Source of the DNA: an uncultured Candidatus Poseidoniales archaeon
Lineage (GTDB): Archaea > Thermoplasmatota > Poseidoniia > Poseidoniales > Poseidoniaceae
DNA: 64,000 nt
Direction of reading: 5' to 3'
NCBI GenBank assembly: GCA_964015875.1
Contig: CAXHEV010000003.1
Span: 22,947 to 86,946 of the forward strand
Of this stretch, positions 9,901-18,103 are shown in pieces. Under the pieces are notes generated by a model, which did not search any database, was not told where the DNA came from, and saw only the letters and a list, made by a program, of their open reading frames with translations. Every line of letters begins with the position of its first letter. Position 1 is the stretch's first letter. The translations under genes were made by a program, and so were the position numbers.

Positions 9901-12837
9901 TGCCATGGTGACGAAAACGGTATTGAATTCATTACAGGTGCCTTCCTTAACAGCCTCGACAAGAACCACGCTCAAGTCTTCGGTGTTCGGAATGCCTGAG
10001 CCGTTGTAGTTGCGCTTGAATTCAGTTGTTGCGTTTCCTTCAGCAAGGAACGACTGAATGGCTGCTGCAGTGTCATAAGCATTGGTTGCTCCAGCCTCGT
10101 TGACGATGGTTGTCGTGGTGTTCAACAACGAGGATTGTGGGCTGCTCAAGTTGGTGAGACCATCCGGCAACTCAAGTTCGTATGCAAAGCCTTGTCCGGG
10201 AACGGTTGTTGATGCGATCGTTGCCCAATCGAAGTAAAATTCTGGTTGTTGAATGAAGACTTCTTGAATCGGACCTGCAACGACGTTGACGTTATGAGAG
10301 TCGTTTGAACGTTCCAGTTCTGCTCCAGAATCCACATAAAATGACATATTTGACCATGAAACAGGTAGAGGTAAGCCCCCGGTTATGGGTGGATTGTTAA
10401 ATGTCATCAGCCATTCAACGGTGTCGTTAGCAAAAGCCATGTCTGCCAAATGTGTAAAGTTGGAAGATGGAAGGATAATAGTTTCAGATGGATGCACTTC
10501 GGCAATGTGTGCATAAGCTGTGCCGGTGTAGAAGTCGTTGGTGTATTGCCTCCAGCGTTGAGTTGCATCGATATCGACCACGCCGCTGGAGTTGTTCGCC
10601 CAGAAGACCACTTCTGACGCCACGAGGTCATCGGTGGGGTCAAATGGGTCAAACGGTGATCCTAAGCAATTGAGAATCCAGAATTCTTGAGTGCATTCCA
10701 AACCGTCAATCATACCACCACCATCGGTATCCGGGTTGGTCCAGTCGGTACCGGTTTGGTTTTCGATGGCATCGGGAATCAAATCGCCGTCAAAATCTGA
10801 AGGCAACAAATCATCCGTAGGGTTGTTTTCCGGGTTTGTTCCATCGAAGTATTCGTCGCGGTCACTCACACCGCCTGAATCTGTGTCAATGCTGGCGTCA
10901 TCGGTGACCCACACATCGGTCGAGCCGTTGGTGATGCCTATGTAGATGAGATCACAGCCAGTGCTGGTTTCGAAGTAATTGTTGAGACCGTCTTGATCGT
11001 CGTCGAGTAAGTTCGTACACGGCTCATTTGGATCCGTATTTGCAAAGACTTCTTCGAAATCACTTGCCCCGTCACCATCAGAATCAACAAGAGTTGGATT
11101 GGAGAACCAACCAAAGGTACCAAGCAATTCTTGCCAATCGGCTAAGCCATCACCATCGCTGTCAGAATAGTCATCATCGCAGTAATTTCGAGTTGTTGTG
11201 ATCGTTCCGTCAGTGGTTGCATCGGTATGGCAGAAGGAACCGTTGCGGTTGGCAACTTGCGTGGCGGTACCAGGGGCGGATGAAACACCCTGAATCAAAT
11301 CATTGACTACCGTTGCATAGGCAAACGGCGTCCATGTTCCAGATATGTTGAACCAACCGACACCCCCTGCAGGGTTGAAACCACTTCCATCAGCGACTTC
11401 GAGTCGCCCATTTCCGTTATTCCATGTGACAATGGTGGTTTCAAAGTTCACCAGCGAGTCACAAGGATCTGTGCCGTGAGAAACATTTTGCTCATCGCCA
11501 TCATTAATGCCACCAAAATCAGTGTCCGCAACATCCCATAGGGTGCATGAGAGGTTTTCTTCCCAATTTTGTATACCGTCGTTATCCTCATCACCTGAGT
11601 CTTCTCGACGGGTTGGGTCGGTTTCACCCGCATCGACCACGCCGTTTCCGTTGATATCTTCTTCACCATCATCGAAGGCGTCGCCATCGGTGTTGTTGTT
11701 TCGTGGATCGCTTGCTTGAGCAGGGCTTCCATATTGTCCAGCAACTTCAATGCCGTCGCTGATTCCATCACCATCTGTATCAGATGATGTCGGGTCAGTT
11801 AGCAACGTCAGAGCTTCTCGTGAATCATTGAGCCCGTCACCATCTGTGTCAGCTCGTTGAGGGTTGGTCGAAGTGATACCGTCAACTTCTGCCGTGAAGG
11901 TTGCACAGCCACCCGGACCAACGCCGCTCACCGGATCACAAGGCGAAGTGGTTTCCGTCACAAGACCAGTCGGTCCGTTACGGAAACATGGGGAGGCGCC
12001 ACACATTGTTGTCCATGTCGGGTTGATGTATTCGAGCAAGTTGTTCAAGCCGTCACCGTCTGGGTCACCGTTCGGACCGTTGTCATTGGTTGGGTCTGTT
12101 GCGTTCAATCCGTTGGCTGCTTCCCAACCATCGTCCATTCCGTCACCATCAGTGTCCCAACCTGCAACGTCTTCGTCCTCGATACCGTCACCGTCATCAT
12201 CGTTGGATGAGCAGTCTGCATCACCGTCGTTATCCGAATCGGCAGAGTCGACGAAACCGTCTTTGTCGTCATCGAACCCGTTGGTACAGATGTTTCCGAC
12301 CGGATCTTCGTCGCAAAGGATGATTGTGCCAGTGCCGTCTGAACCCGAGTCTCCACAACCTGGACGGTTGTATTGGAGAGCATTTTCTTCATCCCAGTTG
12401 TTGACTGGCACGGTTCCATTCCACCAGACACCATTGTCAAGCACACCGCTGGTGCTCGATAGATCCCAGTTCGTAGGTTGGAGATAGTTGTATTCTTGCA
12501 GATTTGACATGCCGTCGCCGTCAGGATCGCCGACAGCACCGTCGCCACCCGTGCTGGATAGCGGGTCAAGTCCATACTGCCACTCCCAACCATCTGGCAA
12601 ACCATCGTTGTCAGAATCTGGGTCGTTGGGTGCCGTGTTCATGAGATACTCAAGCCCGTAAGTCAAACCGTCGCCATCCTGGTCTGTTGCTGCAAGTGCA
12701 TCGAAGGAAACATACTGAATTGAGGCAAATGTGGAGAGCACCATCAACGCAACAAGAGCGACGGATTTGACCGTGTCTCGGTGCTGAAGGATTTGCCACT
12801 GAAAGCGCGGCTTCGAGGGGGAAGAAGGCGTACGCAT
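3913..12837 (-). CDS. Giant surface protein: signal peptide, ~20 DxDxDG Ca-binding repeats, transglutaminase-like domain, many Ig-like beta-sandwich repeats, C-terminal TM and DUF4129-like domain
   Basis: 2995-aa ORF (possible starts 12900/12873/12837); GTCNEFNTVFVTMARLAGLPARYVSGF and GWIAFD transglutaminase motifs; TM WVYVLALLIAAAAAAGTVLY-RRRK; C-terminal ETVREFE...FEQARYS. Confidence 0.85.
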   Translation of the reverse strand: MRTPSSPSKPRFQWQILQHRDTVKSVALVALMVLSTFASIQYVSFDALAATDQDGDGLTYGLEYLMNTAPNDPDSDNDGLPDGWEWQYGLDPLSSTGGDGAVGDPDGDGMSNLQEYNYLQPTNWDLSSTSGVLDNGVWWNGTVPVNNWDEENALQYNRPGCGDSGSDGTGTIILCDEDPVGNICTNGFDDDKDGFVDSADSDNDGDADCSSNDDDGDGIEDEDVAGWDTDGDGMDDGWEAANGLNATDPTNDNGPNGDPDGDGLNNLLEYINPTWTTMCGASPCFRNGPTGLVTETTSPCDPVSGVGPGGCATFTAEVDGITSTNPQRADTDGDGLNDSREALTLLTDPTSSDTDGDGISDGIEVAGQYGSPAQASDPRNNNTDGDAFDDGEEDINGNGVVDAGETDPTRREDSGDEDNDGIQNWEENLSCTLWDVADTDFGGINDGDEQNVSHGTDPCDSLVNFETTIVTWNNGNGRLEVADGSGFNPAGGVGWFNISGTWTPFAYATVVNDLIQGVSSAPGTATQVANRNGSFCHTDATTDGTITTTRNYCDDDYSDSDGDGLADWQELLGTFGWFSNPTLVDSDGDGASDFEEVFANTDPNEPCTNLLDDDQDGLNNYFETSTGCDLIYIGITNGSTDVWVTDDASIDTDSGGVSDRDEYFDGTNPENNPTDDLLPSDFDGDLIPDAIENQTGTDWTNPDTDGGGMIDGLECTQEFWILNCLGSPFDPFDPTDDLVASEVVFWANNSSGVVDIDATQRWRQYTNDFYTGTAYAHIAEVHPSETIILPSSNFTHLADMAFANDTVEWLMTFNNPPITGGLPLPVSWSNMSFYVDSGAELERSNDSHNVNVVAGPIQEVFIQQPEFYFDWATIASTTVPGQGFAYELELPDGLTNLSSPQSSLLNTTTTIVNEAGATNAYDTAAAIQSFLAEGNATTEFKRNYNGSGIPNTEDLSVVLVEAVKEGTCNEFNTVFVTMARLAGLPARYVSGFAGGTWNGDGYAVFPQDRTTWGEVRLQQNSANGNTDLGWIAFDACPAAEEIEIVNQTISTLVWDREGASSINVTGQLRFATNSTPITDLPMVGYLVPLAEVGGVPGPAAIPNYEIGALITDQNGTFEFIGAPLEPGAPGIHRVVIKHIQSGYVSEDGIIYDGYVNVTDDALINHTGPNAINAPIVGAGATTIVTGQLSLENTPANVFSSIASSDSVPEVWLSFTSSINGSVNLTSAVGFDGSWSIEVELDPLETQTNLSATLGFSGWQDASEPSITPVQFHLRPTTKSILLDIRDAPTLTATLEGPLANKSIIQIDDNIWVNGSALTSGANPVAMLGNLSFSMRSVGSGTDWIEVFNQTVNGTFSVQHFLTAGVAQIAAGEIELQVRFYPDSIEATDDANMSAGAPYLLRGWLQFTSQSVSQLRNTEAVVLVSMVDHRGVDTDLLASGNFDFSFNGSWVNTTVDPESETITLNWLLDSDMYAGDYQLDISYNGSDLYQPSVGVTSVRVAAEVGWNITLAQDWTHLGNSTYIFGDIFDAVHTNRKVLGDNITMLSLIMTTIEGQPIDLAQGLLNNTTSEYNLSFTVPTTSPSNAYEFILNMDFENQAPVGGPYYRFVDTTVPPATPTLPSTLVGFESEFVVDTGQRNLLVEVNGSLDFNVTVTDVADDSNISDATVEFIFDYGRTNVSVGTAISDEAGFASTGWTASGIAPGYYDVLMIVYDDLSDPLAVGNTRRTGNSTLVNLTVQVPSNFRIDSIPTTVTAGLNFNVLGQVLDGDDATRPLIAPVELSAFWLSNPDELLVGSYQTAVNGTFNMSIPTDTSGNGTLRGNKVLVISVIEGSSPFYLTASTQNGMLVMGVSRFENIQPLNPILVNRGDEVNISARLVESSNLFLPLGGYDVDIEFHESWLPGTQTDGEGFANFSYLVPTTHPLGLITVTMVFNGSVDLLATNVNLSSITIRSTTILVVDTITANPVAGTSFNVTGTVQSDNGSGLELRDGSLLPANILFAVNDQPVGFTVSGGTVQTGGLWSATITLGAAFPAGTNRIEASFIPGVNYYIGSEANTTFDSRGFTTLLFIKPALDGIGDPSLNDRTERGNNVSFQILLRDNTDTAVGNQQVLVGLPGLALSSFTTFANGTAIGSISVPENLSVGPTDLYVEFAGTPGTTGLVGSNETTQFVVLGQTNLSITEAPTTLTAGDAFVVNGTLMDDLGQPLFINGVPSLAVVHLLVDGVPVSSIETDAQTGAFTLGWTLPEDTTAGAHLIEVRFLGGRDWVDPIGVGDLINPDYYLPSSDQVNFNVSVPTKILLLTPGGEVNREATMTIQGRLLDLVDEPLPGLTIEVWLGGEWMTNVTTDANGTFTAIYPVPSDATLGPLLLETRFTGTTFYLPSEASGTWTIYSPVQVTVSMESPVAVAENITISGSVVDNQLLGIEGHTVDLSVEGVLLASVLTDANGDFTFDWYVPDIFSFGNHTLEARADAQGFYRSNAGNTTFFLAHRSDITLIFDDGRDATRGDTWSLSGRLFDIDTVNNDGLPSMLVSIRLDDVEVATSVTLADGTWSAIVPATMELTRGEHTFTVAFAGTSAHLEASTSATALVWSNTKITIDGTSENIVIRSDDVFSPIVLTGSVSEIGGQGEVFNNLTLYLGNGSDCVSKREGARCLENIQIAWNNGNFSMNGIAPAWMNAGGQYLHIDSPRNDVLYLNGASESHLIYVKVNADIVPSINTVIEGEQEDIAGNVVITALDTNLGVSDVKVTIYLYNASGVQLSTPKQPLTDENGVASFEFNSDPPYGEASTWGEVYLEIIVDDPRLSEQSKTAFNARAEESPWAPLYNYEEVSEPVPTWVYVLALLIAAAAAAGTVLYRRRKTQELMEEAAEIFAYTAELLAAGDSVREAIFTCYQNLCTAFQQHGFLRRDFETVREFEMAIRQAMPQISEDALVALDNMFEQARYSREELGTQHQAAAQQALERMGQEISGLTKVPVR

Positions 12838-12992
12838 GGTTGTCACAAGAACTCGGCTGTTTTGATGCCTCATAAGGCAAATGGTACGATGTTCATACAA
12901 TGCTCAGTTTAAGGGTTTGAAAACAAAAATCATCAAGCCTCAAAAATAAGACTCAGTCTATCGTTTTTCTCAAGACTTAGCACGTGGTCTGC

Positions 12993-15941
12993 TCAAAGAG
13001 CTTCAAGTTCATCCAAAAGTTCGAGATCGTCATCGTCGTCTTCTTCTAGCACGGGTTCTGGAAGGTCGCTTTCCAATGGTTCGAGTTCCTTCTCATCTTC
13101 GTATTCGAATGTTTCTTCTTCAAAAATTGTACCTGAAGCCTGACCGCGCCTGTAAACTGCAAAGATGAATGCAGCACACAATCCAAGTCCCAAAACAAGC
13201 GTTTGTGGTTCGGGGTTGACCAGTTCGTTAACAAAACAACTGGGGCCTTCGCAGGAGGTTTGGTAAGTCTGTTTGCTGGTTTGTGTAAAATCGCTATCGT
13301 ATGGGACCTCTTCATCCATAGGCGTCACCTTGAGGTCGAATTGCACCGTTTCGCCGTTCTTCAGATTATTTGGCGGGGTGATGGCTAATGAGAAATCTTT
13401 GCTTGAATAAGCAGGGAGGGTCAGCAGCAAGAAACTACCACCTGTCTGGTCGGACGATGCTCGCACGAGAACATCCCAACCTTGTGGCTCATTTTCAAGT
13501 GTGATTACAACATCCAGTGGGATGTTGTTTTGATTATCAATGCTGTATTCGACCGTCTGGAATTCACCCGAGGTGAAACGGACAACTGAGCTGCTTGTGT
13601 CAGTGATTTCGAGACGACCAGGTTGGACATCTTCTCTGACTTGAACAGTCACTGGCAAATCGAAGTATCGGGCATCTTGGGCATCAACACCCTCTTCAAC
13701 AACCCGAACGTAAACAGTGTGGTTTCCTGCTTCCACCTTGTCACCAATGGTCACATCGAGTTTGAGGTCTGCATATTGGTCGGATTCAAGATAAACGACG
13801 ACGATATCGGACTGAGAGCCATTCGAAATGTCGTAGTTCCACGAGCCGTAAGGTGAATCGTCCTCGTTATTTCTGTCGAGGTCTTCTGGATTGATGATTC
13901 GCCATGTGGTTTGGCCAATTGTATCGCTTGAATCAGTGATACGCATCTGATACCACAACGAGGATCCCGGGCTCACTGGACCAACGGTGCCCAGTGTTCC
14001 ACTGTCGGAATCGGCTGTGACCTCGACAAGAACACCAAACGTGCGATGCACTGTGAAGGCAACCGAGGTACTGAGTTCAGAATCACCTTGACTGGCAATA
14101 CTGATGGAAACAAGCCCGATGTCTTGAGCGTCTCGTTCCGATGGTGGGAAGACTTCCATACGAACGGTTAGAATCTGGTGGGAGCCGATATCAGGCGTCA
14201 CTGAGTGGATGCCTTCCTCGACCAACTCAAGTCCTGTTTCGTTGTCATAGAACTTGTATTGCCACGCATCCGGTAGTTCGGTCACGCGCAACTTGAATGC
14301 GTCTGTAATGAATCCAGAATTGAAGACGTCAATGAAGAAATCACCGCTGACATCACCTGAATCCACATAGTGTGATAACAGTTCATCGTAGGCTTCTGGG
14401 CGTGTCGAGTCTGCAATCTGCTTCTGATGTTCATCATCCTCAAACACAGCGATCCTCGGAGGTGAAAGGACGTCGGATTCCTCGACATCGAGGACAATGG
14501 TTTCCACAGCAACTTCCACTGTTTGACCTTCGGTGTTTTCAGCGTAGGCACGCGCCTCGATTTCAAGGGTGTTTGGAGCCGAAGTAAGGTCATCATCTGG
14601 CACTTCAATGCTCAAAATTGGACGAGCAAAAGTACCGCCACCTGAGAGGCTGTAGCCTCCAGGCTGATCCCAAACAGGATCTGACCAGGTTGAGGGCAGC
14701 GAGCGTGAAAGAGAAAACACGACGTCCAATTGAGAGGAACTCGCCCCGGTGTGTTCAATCAAGAATTCAACACTGGAAGTCTGACCGGGTGCAATCAAAA
14801 TGACATCAGGTTGACTTTCAGGGAGCGTCAGGTAGACGTCATGCTCAACGAACTCGATACCGCTGTGTTCAAACACCAAGGTGTGACCTTGAACGTCACT
14901 GATTTCAAGGCGGAGTGGGTATTCTCCAGCAGCGATTCCGGTTTCGTATTGGAAGGTGTAGTTTCCAACTAGGCCGTTGTTGTCGAGCTTCAAATCGTCA
15001 TCATCGAAGGACTTCGAAAAGACCGTCCCGGCTTCGTTCGGTGTTGTCATCACAAGGTCCACGCCTTGGATGTCGTCCCTGCCAAAGGCGTCTCTGACAT
15101 CGACCGAAAACTGCATGTTTCGGAACTCAGGTCGATGTGCAGGCGACCATTCAGTCACCTCTGGTTCTAGGAAACCGCCGCCGGGGCGGTGAACCTTGAC
15201 CACGGAATTTGCAAGTGCGTTTGCTTTCATTTCAAGTTTTGAATACCCGTTGGTTTGTTCAACATCACCGAAAGCAACGTTGACTTCACAATTGCCACCA
15301 CCCAATCCGCCACCGCCACTGCTTTCGCAGGTTGCTTGTGCATCGACGTTGAGCCGGAGTTGTTTCCCGTTGGCCACGGTGAAGCCATCAGAGGGAACGT
15401 CGAAGTCGACAATGGAAGAGGTCCAAGAGCACGAACTCGTACCGAATGTACCACCAGTACACGGATCATCAAGTGTTTCAGAAACGGAATCTACTTCCGA
15501 ATCACCGGACTTGAGTGAGTAGGTAATGTCTGCCGTCGAGCCTTGTGATCCCCTGAATTGAAGGAACAGGGTGAGTGTGACCTTGTCGGTGTTATCTCGA
15601 CCATAGACAAGTAAATCGGAGATCATTTCAGCACTTCTGAATTCAACGCCACCAAAAGCACTGGCTTCTTGGTGGGCACCCGTTGGCTCGAGGGTCGTAA
15701 TCGATCCTTCTCCGCCGCTTTCGCTGTTTGCCTCATCAAGGTAGAGATTGTATGACTGACATGTTGAACATGAAGAAGCTGAGTTCATCTGAACGGTTGA
15801 CTCCTCCAATGTTTCTGCTTCGACAGATTCAACATTTACGCTGGTCTGAAGAGGTGCAACACCGCCCAGCATGATCAAAACGAGCAGGACTGCCAAAAAT
15901 CGGCCATTGGGGGATGAAATTGAAGTCATCAAGGTGTTCAC
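12993..15941 (-). CDS. Large secreted, C-terminally membrane-anchored acidic protein with Ig-like (COG1470/NEW3-like) repeats
   Basis: N-terminal hydrophobic signal, beta-rich acidic repeats (e.g. LPDAWQYKF, EPQGWDV), TM LVLGLGLCAAFIFAVY-RR, very acidic tail; TTTAA 29 nt upstream of GTG 15941. Confidence 0.8.
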   Translation of the reverse strand: MNTLMTSISSPNGRFLAVLLVLIMLGGVAPLQTSVNVESVEAETLEESTVQMNSASSCSTCQSYNLYLDEANSESGGEGSITTLEPTGAHQEASAFGGVEFRSAEMISDLLVYGRDNTDKVTLTLFLQFRGSQGSTADITYSLKSGDSEVDSVSETLDDPCTGGTFGTSSCSWTSSIVDFDVPSDGFTVANGKQLRLNVDAQATCESSGGGGLGGGNCEVNVAFGDVEQTNGYSKLEMKANALANSVVKVHRPGGGFLEPEVTEWSPAHRPEFRNMQFSVDVRDAFGRDDIQGVDLVMTTPNEAGTVFSKSFDDDDLKLDNNGLVGNYTFQYETGIAAGEYPLRLEISDVQGHTLVFEHSGIEFVEHDVYLTLPESQPDVILIAPGQTSSVEFLIEHTGASSSQLDVVFSLSRSLPSTWSDPVWDQPGGYSLSGGGTFARPILSIEVPDDDLTSAPNTLEIEARAYAENTEGQTVEVAVETIVLDVEESDVLSPPRIAVFEDDEHQKQIADSTRPEAYDELLSHYVDSGDVSGDFFIDVFNSGFITDAFKLRVTELPDAWQYKFYDNETGLELVEEGIHSVTPDIGSHQILTVRMEVFPPSERDAQDIGLVSISIASQGDSELSTSVAFTVHRTFGVLVEVTADSDSGTLGTVGPVSPGSSLWYQMRITDSSDTIGQTTWRIINPEDLDRNNEDDSPYGSWNYDISNGSQSDIVVVYLESDQYADLKLDVTIGDKVEAGNHTVYVRVVEEGVDAQDARYFDLPVTVQVREDVQPGRLEITDTSSSVVRFTSGEFQTVEYSIDNQNNIPLDVVITLENEPQGWDVLVRASSDQTGGSFLLLTLPAYSSKDFSLAITPPNNLKNGETVQFDLKVTPMDEEVPYDSDFTQTSKQTYQTSCEGPSCFVNELVNPEPQTLVLGLGLCAAFIFAVYRRGQASGTIFEEETFEYEDEKELEPLESDLPEPVLEEDDDDDLELLDELEAL

Positions 15942-15997
15942 CGTACCGTCCTGTTCAACCGACTGTTAAACGGTTTTGCATTGTTTGTTCGGACAAA

Positions 15998-16014
15998 CCC
16001 CCTCTACGAGGGGG
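15998..16014 (-). terminator. GC-rich hairpin just 3' of tRNA-Leu
   Basis: CCCCCTC-TAC-GAGGGGG inverted repeat, followed by TTTGT on the minus strand. Confidence 0.4.
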
Positions 16015-16034
16015 AGGAAGGGGTTGGAATGTAA

Positions 16035-16118
16035 TGCAGGGGGTGGGATACGAACCCACGAACCCATACGGGACCGGATCTTAAGCCCGGCGCCTTTGAC
16101 CACCTCAGCCACCCCTGC
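16035..16118 (-). tRNA. tRNA-Leu (anticodon TAA), long variable arm, CCA not encoded
   Basis: Minus strand GCAGGGGTGGCTGAGGTGGTCAAAGGCGCCGGGCTTAAGATCCGGT...GGGTTCGTATCCCACCCCCTGCA; anticodon arm CCGGG-CTTAAGA-TCCGG. Confidence 0.96.
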
Positions 16119-16168
16119 AGTCGGTCCACAGGACCACATGATTTGAAGAAAACCCCTGCTCAAGTTGC

Positions 16169-16915
16169 TCAAGGCGCAACTGACCAACCGCCATCAACTT
16201 CGATGACTTGGCCTGAAAGATAGGTCGAACGAACCAAAAATGACACGGCGTTTGCAACATCTTCGGGCGCACCACCTCGGCCGAGTGGAACCTTTTCGAT
16301 CACTGATGCAAAGTGTTCAGCCTCCCAAGGGGCCGCCATAATTGCGCCCGGTGCAACACAATTGACCCGGACTTCTGGTGCTAAGTCGCCAGCGAGGTTC
16401 ATCATTAACTGACGCAGTCCTGCTTTCGAAGTTGTGTAGTGGGCAAGATCTTTCCAAGCGCGATGAAGCGAGGTATCAATCATACCAATCACACATCCGG
16501 AAGCAGCCTTGAGCGATTGTGTGAATGCTTGTGTAAGGACGAAGGGAACCTCGATATGGATTCTGTTGTTGAGGCGGAGTTCTTCAAGGGAAACCGATTG
16601 GTAGTCCTTTGAATTATAGATTGAAGCGTTGTGAATCAAGACACCCAAACCAACGGCATTTTGAGCCTCGAGAACCTCACGGGTTTGGTCGATGAGAGAT
16701 TGAAGACCTTCGTCGGTAGAAAGATCAGCAATGACGACTTCGCCACACGCTTCTCCGTTTTTCTGTTGAGAAGCATCAGCAAGCAAGCGTTGAGCGTCTT
16801 CCACCGAGGAGCGAACATGGACAATAACATACCATCCCTCTTCGATGAGTGTTGAACAAATCTGTGCCCCAATTCGGCGCCCCCCTCCAGTCACAAGAGC
16901 AACGCCTTTCGCCAT
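16169..16915 (-). CDS. SDR oxidoreductase, pteridine reductase (PTR1/FolM-like)
   Basis: TGGGRRIG (Arg typical of PTR1/FolM), HNAS, MID, YTTSK, VRVNCVAPG, VDGG. Confidence 0.8.
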   Translation of the reverse strand: MAKGVALVTGGGRRIGAQICSTLIEEGWYVIVHVRSSVEDAQRLLADASQQKNGEACGEVVIADLSTDEGLQSLIDQTREVLEAQNAVGLGVLIHNASIYNSKDYQSVSLEELRLNNRIHIEVPFVLTQAFTQSLKAASGCVIGMIDTSLHRAWKDLAHYTTSKAGLRQLMMNLAGDLAPEVRVNCVAPGAIMAAPWEAEHFASVIEKVPLGRGGAPEDVANAVSFLVRSTYLSGQVIEVDGGWSVAP

Positions 16916-17065
16916 GGTTCGTCGTGAGGTTCATTGCTCATCAATGCTCGTTCAGCCCCAAATGCCAATCGTTAGAGTTTGTTTCACCCCTGAATGGGCG
17001 ATACAAACCCTACGGCGCACCTTTTTGAGAGGCAAGCCGTGGGGGAACCATAGGGGGGAGAATCT

Positions 17066-18094
17066 ATGCCGGGCAAACCACTACCTATGGCGAAGCAACT
17101 CCCACCTGCATTGAGGCCTAAACCAAAGCGTGAACGACTCCCACCATGGTTCAAAACAGCACTTCCATCTGGCGAACAACAGGCTATTTTTAACAGCACG
17201 AAGGCAGCGGTAAAAGACAACACATTGCACACCGTCTGTCAAGAGGCACGCTGCCCGAATATTCACGACTGTTGGGCCAGTGGCGATGCCACCTTCATGA
17301 TTGCAGGACAAGAATGCACCAGAGGGTGCCGATTCTGTGCTGTTGGCACGATCAAGACACCTCCTCCCTTGGATTCTGATGAACCAACCAACCTTGCCAA
17401 TGCTGTCGAATCGATGAACTTGCGACACGCAGTCATTACAGTTGTCAACCGAGATGACCTTCCTGACAGCGGAGCCGACCATTACAAGCAATGCATTCAA
17501 GCCGTCCACGACCGCCAACCACATGTCTCTCTCGAACTGCTCTGCTCGGATTTGGCAGGTGATCATGATGCACTCGCCCATCTCCTCGATGGCAGTCCAC
17601 TTTCCGTCTTCGCTCACAATGTCGAATGTGTCCCCAGGCTCGATGCAACCGTGCGCGACCATCGTGCATCTTTTTCACAATCACTTGAAATCCTAAGAAC
17701 AGCTAAACAACTGCGCCCAGACATCCTCACAAAATCATCGGTCATGGTCGGTGTCGGAGAGACCGATGAAGAAATCACCGAGGTGCTTGGCATGCTCAGA
17801 GAAGCGGGTGTCGATTTGGTAACCATTGGTCAGTACCTTGCACCATCATCCAAACATCTCGCTGTCGACCGCTTTCCGGAACCAGACATGTACGATCAAT
17901 GGGCACAACATGCCATTGCCATTGGATTCTCTGGGATAGCGAGTGGCCCACTGGTTCGGTCCTCGTTCAAGGCTGGACTTTTGCTTAGGAAAACACAAGA
18001 CCCGAACAACTCAGAATCAATGCCAGGAGCATACGTCTATGTGGCCCACCAAGGAAACGAGGCACCGGTACACCTTAAGAGCGGGATGGAATGA
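17066..18094 (+). CDS. lipA: Lipoyl synthase
   Basis: CQEARCPNIHDC and CTRGCRFC clusters, HNVE, GPLVRSS. Confidence 0.96.
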   Translation: MPGKPLPMAKQLPPALRPKPKRERLPPWFKTALPSGEQQAIFNSTKAAVKDNTLHTVCQEARCPNIHDCWASGDATFMIAGQECTRGCRFCAVGTIKTPPPLDSDEPTNLANAVESMNLRHAVITVVNRDDLPDSGADHYKQCIQAVHDRQPHVSLELLCSDLAGDHDALAHLLDGSPLSVFAHNVECVPRLDATVRDHRASFSQSLEILRTAKQLRPDILTKSSVMVGVGETDEEITEVLGMLREAGVDLVTIGQYLAPSSKHLAVDRFPEPDMYDQWAQHAIAIGFSGIASGPLVRSSFKAGLLLRKTQDPNNSESMPGAYVYVAHQGNEAPVHLKSGME

Positions 18095-18103
18095 GGGGAT
18101 TCA

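Noticed and set aside
11361..11371. CACCCCCTGCA matching the tRNA-Leu 3' end as a possible att site
   Set aside because: Only 11 nt, inverted relative to the tRNA, inside an intact CDS, and no integrase in the window
10620..12690. Recurring CCGTCACCATC-like nucleotide repeats
   Set aside because: Explained by DxDGDG protein repeats; irregular spacing and no constant repeat-spacer structure
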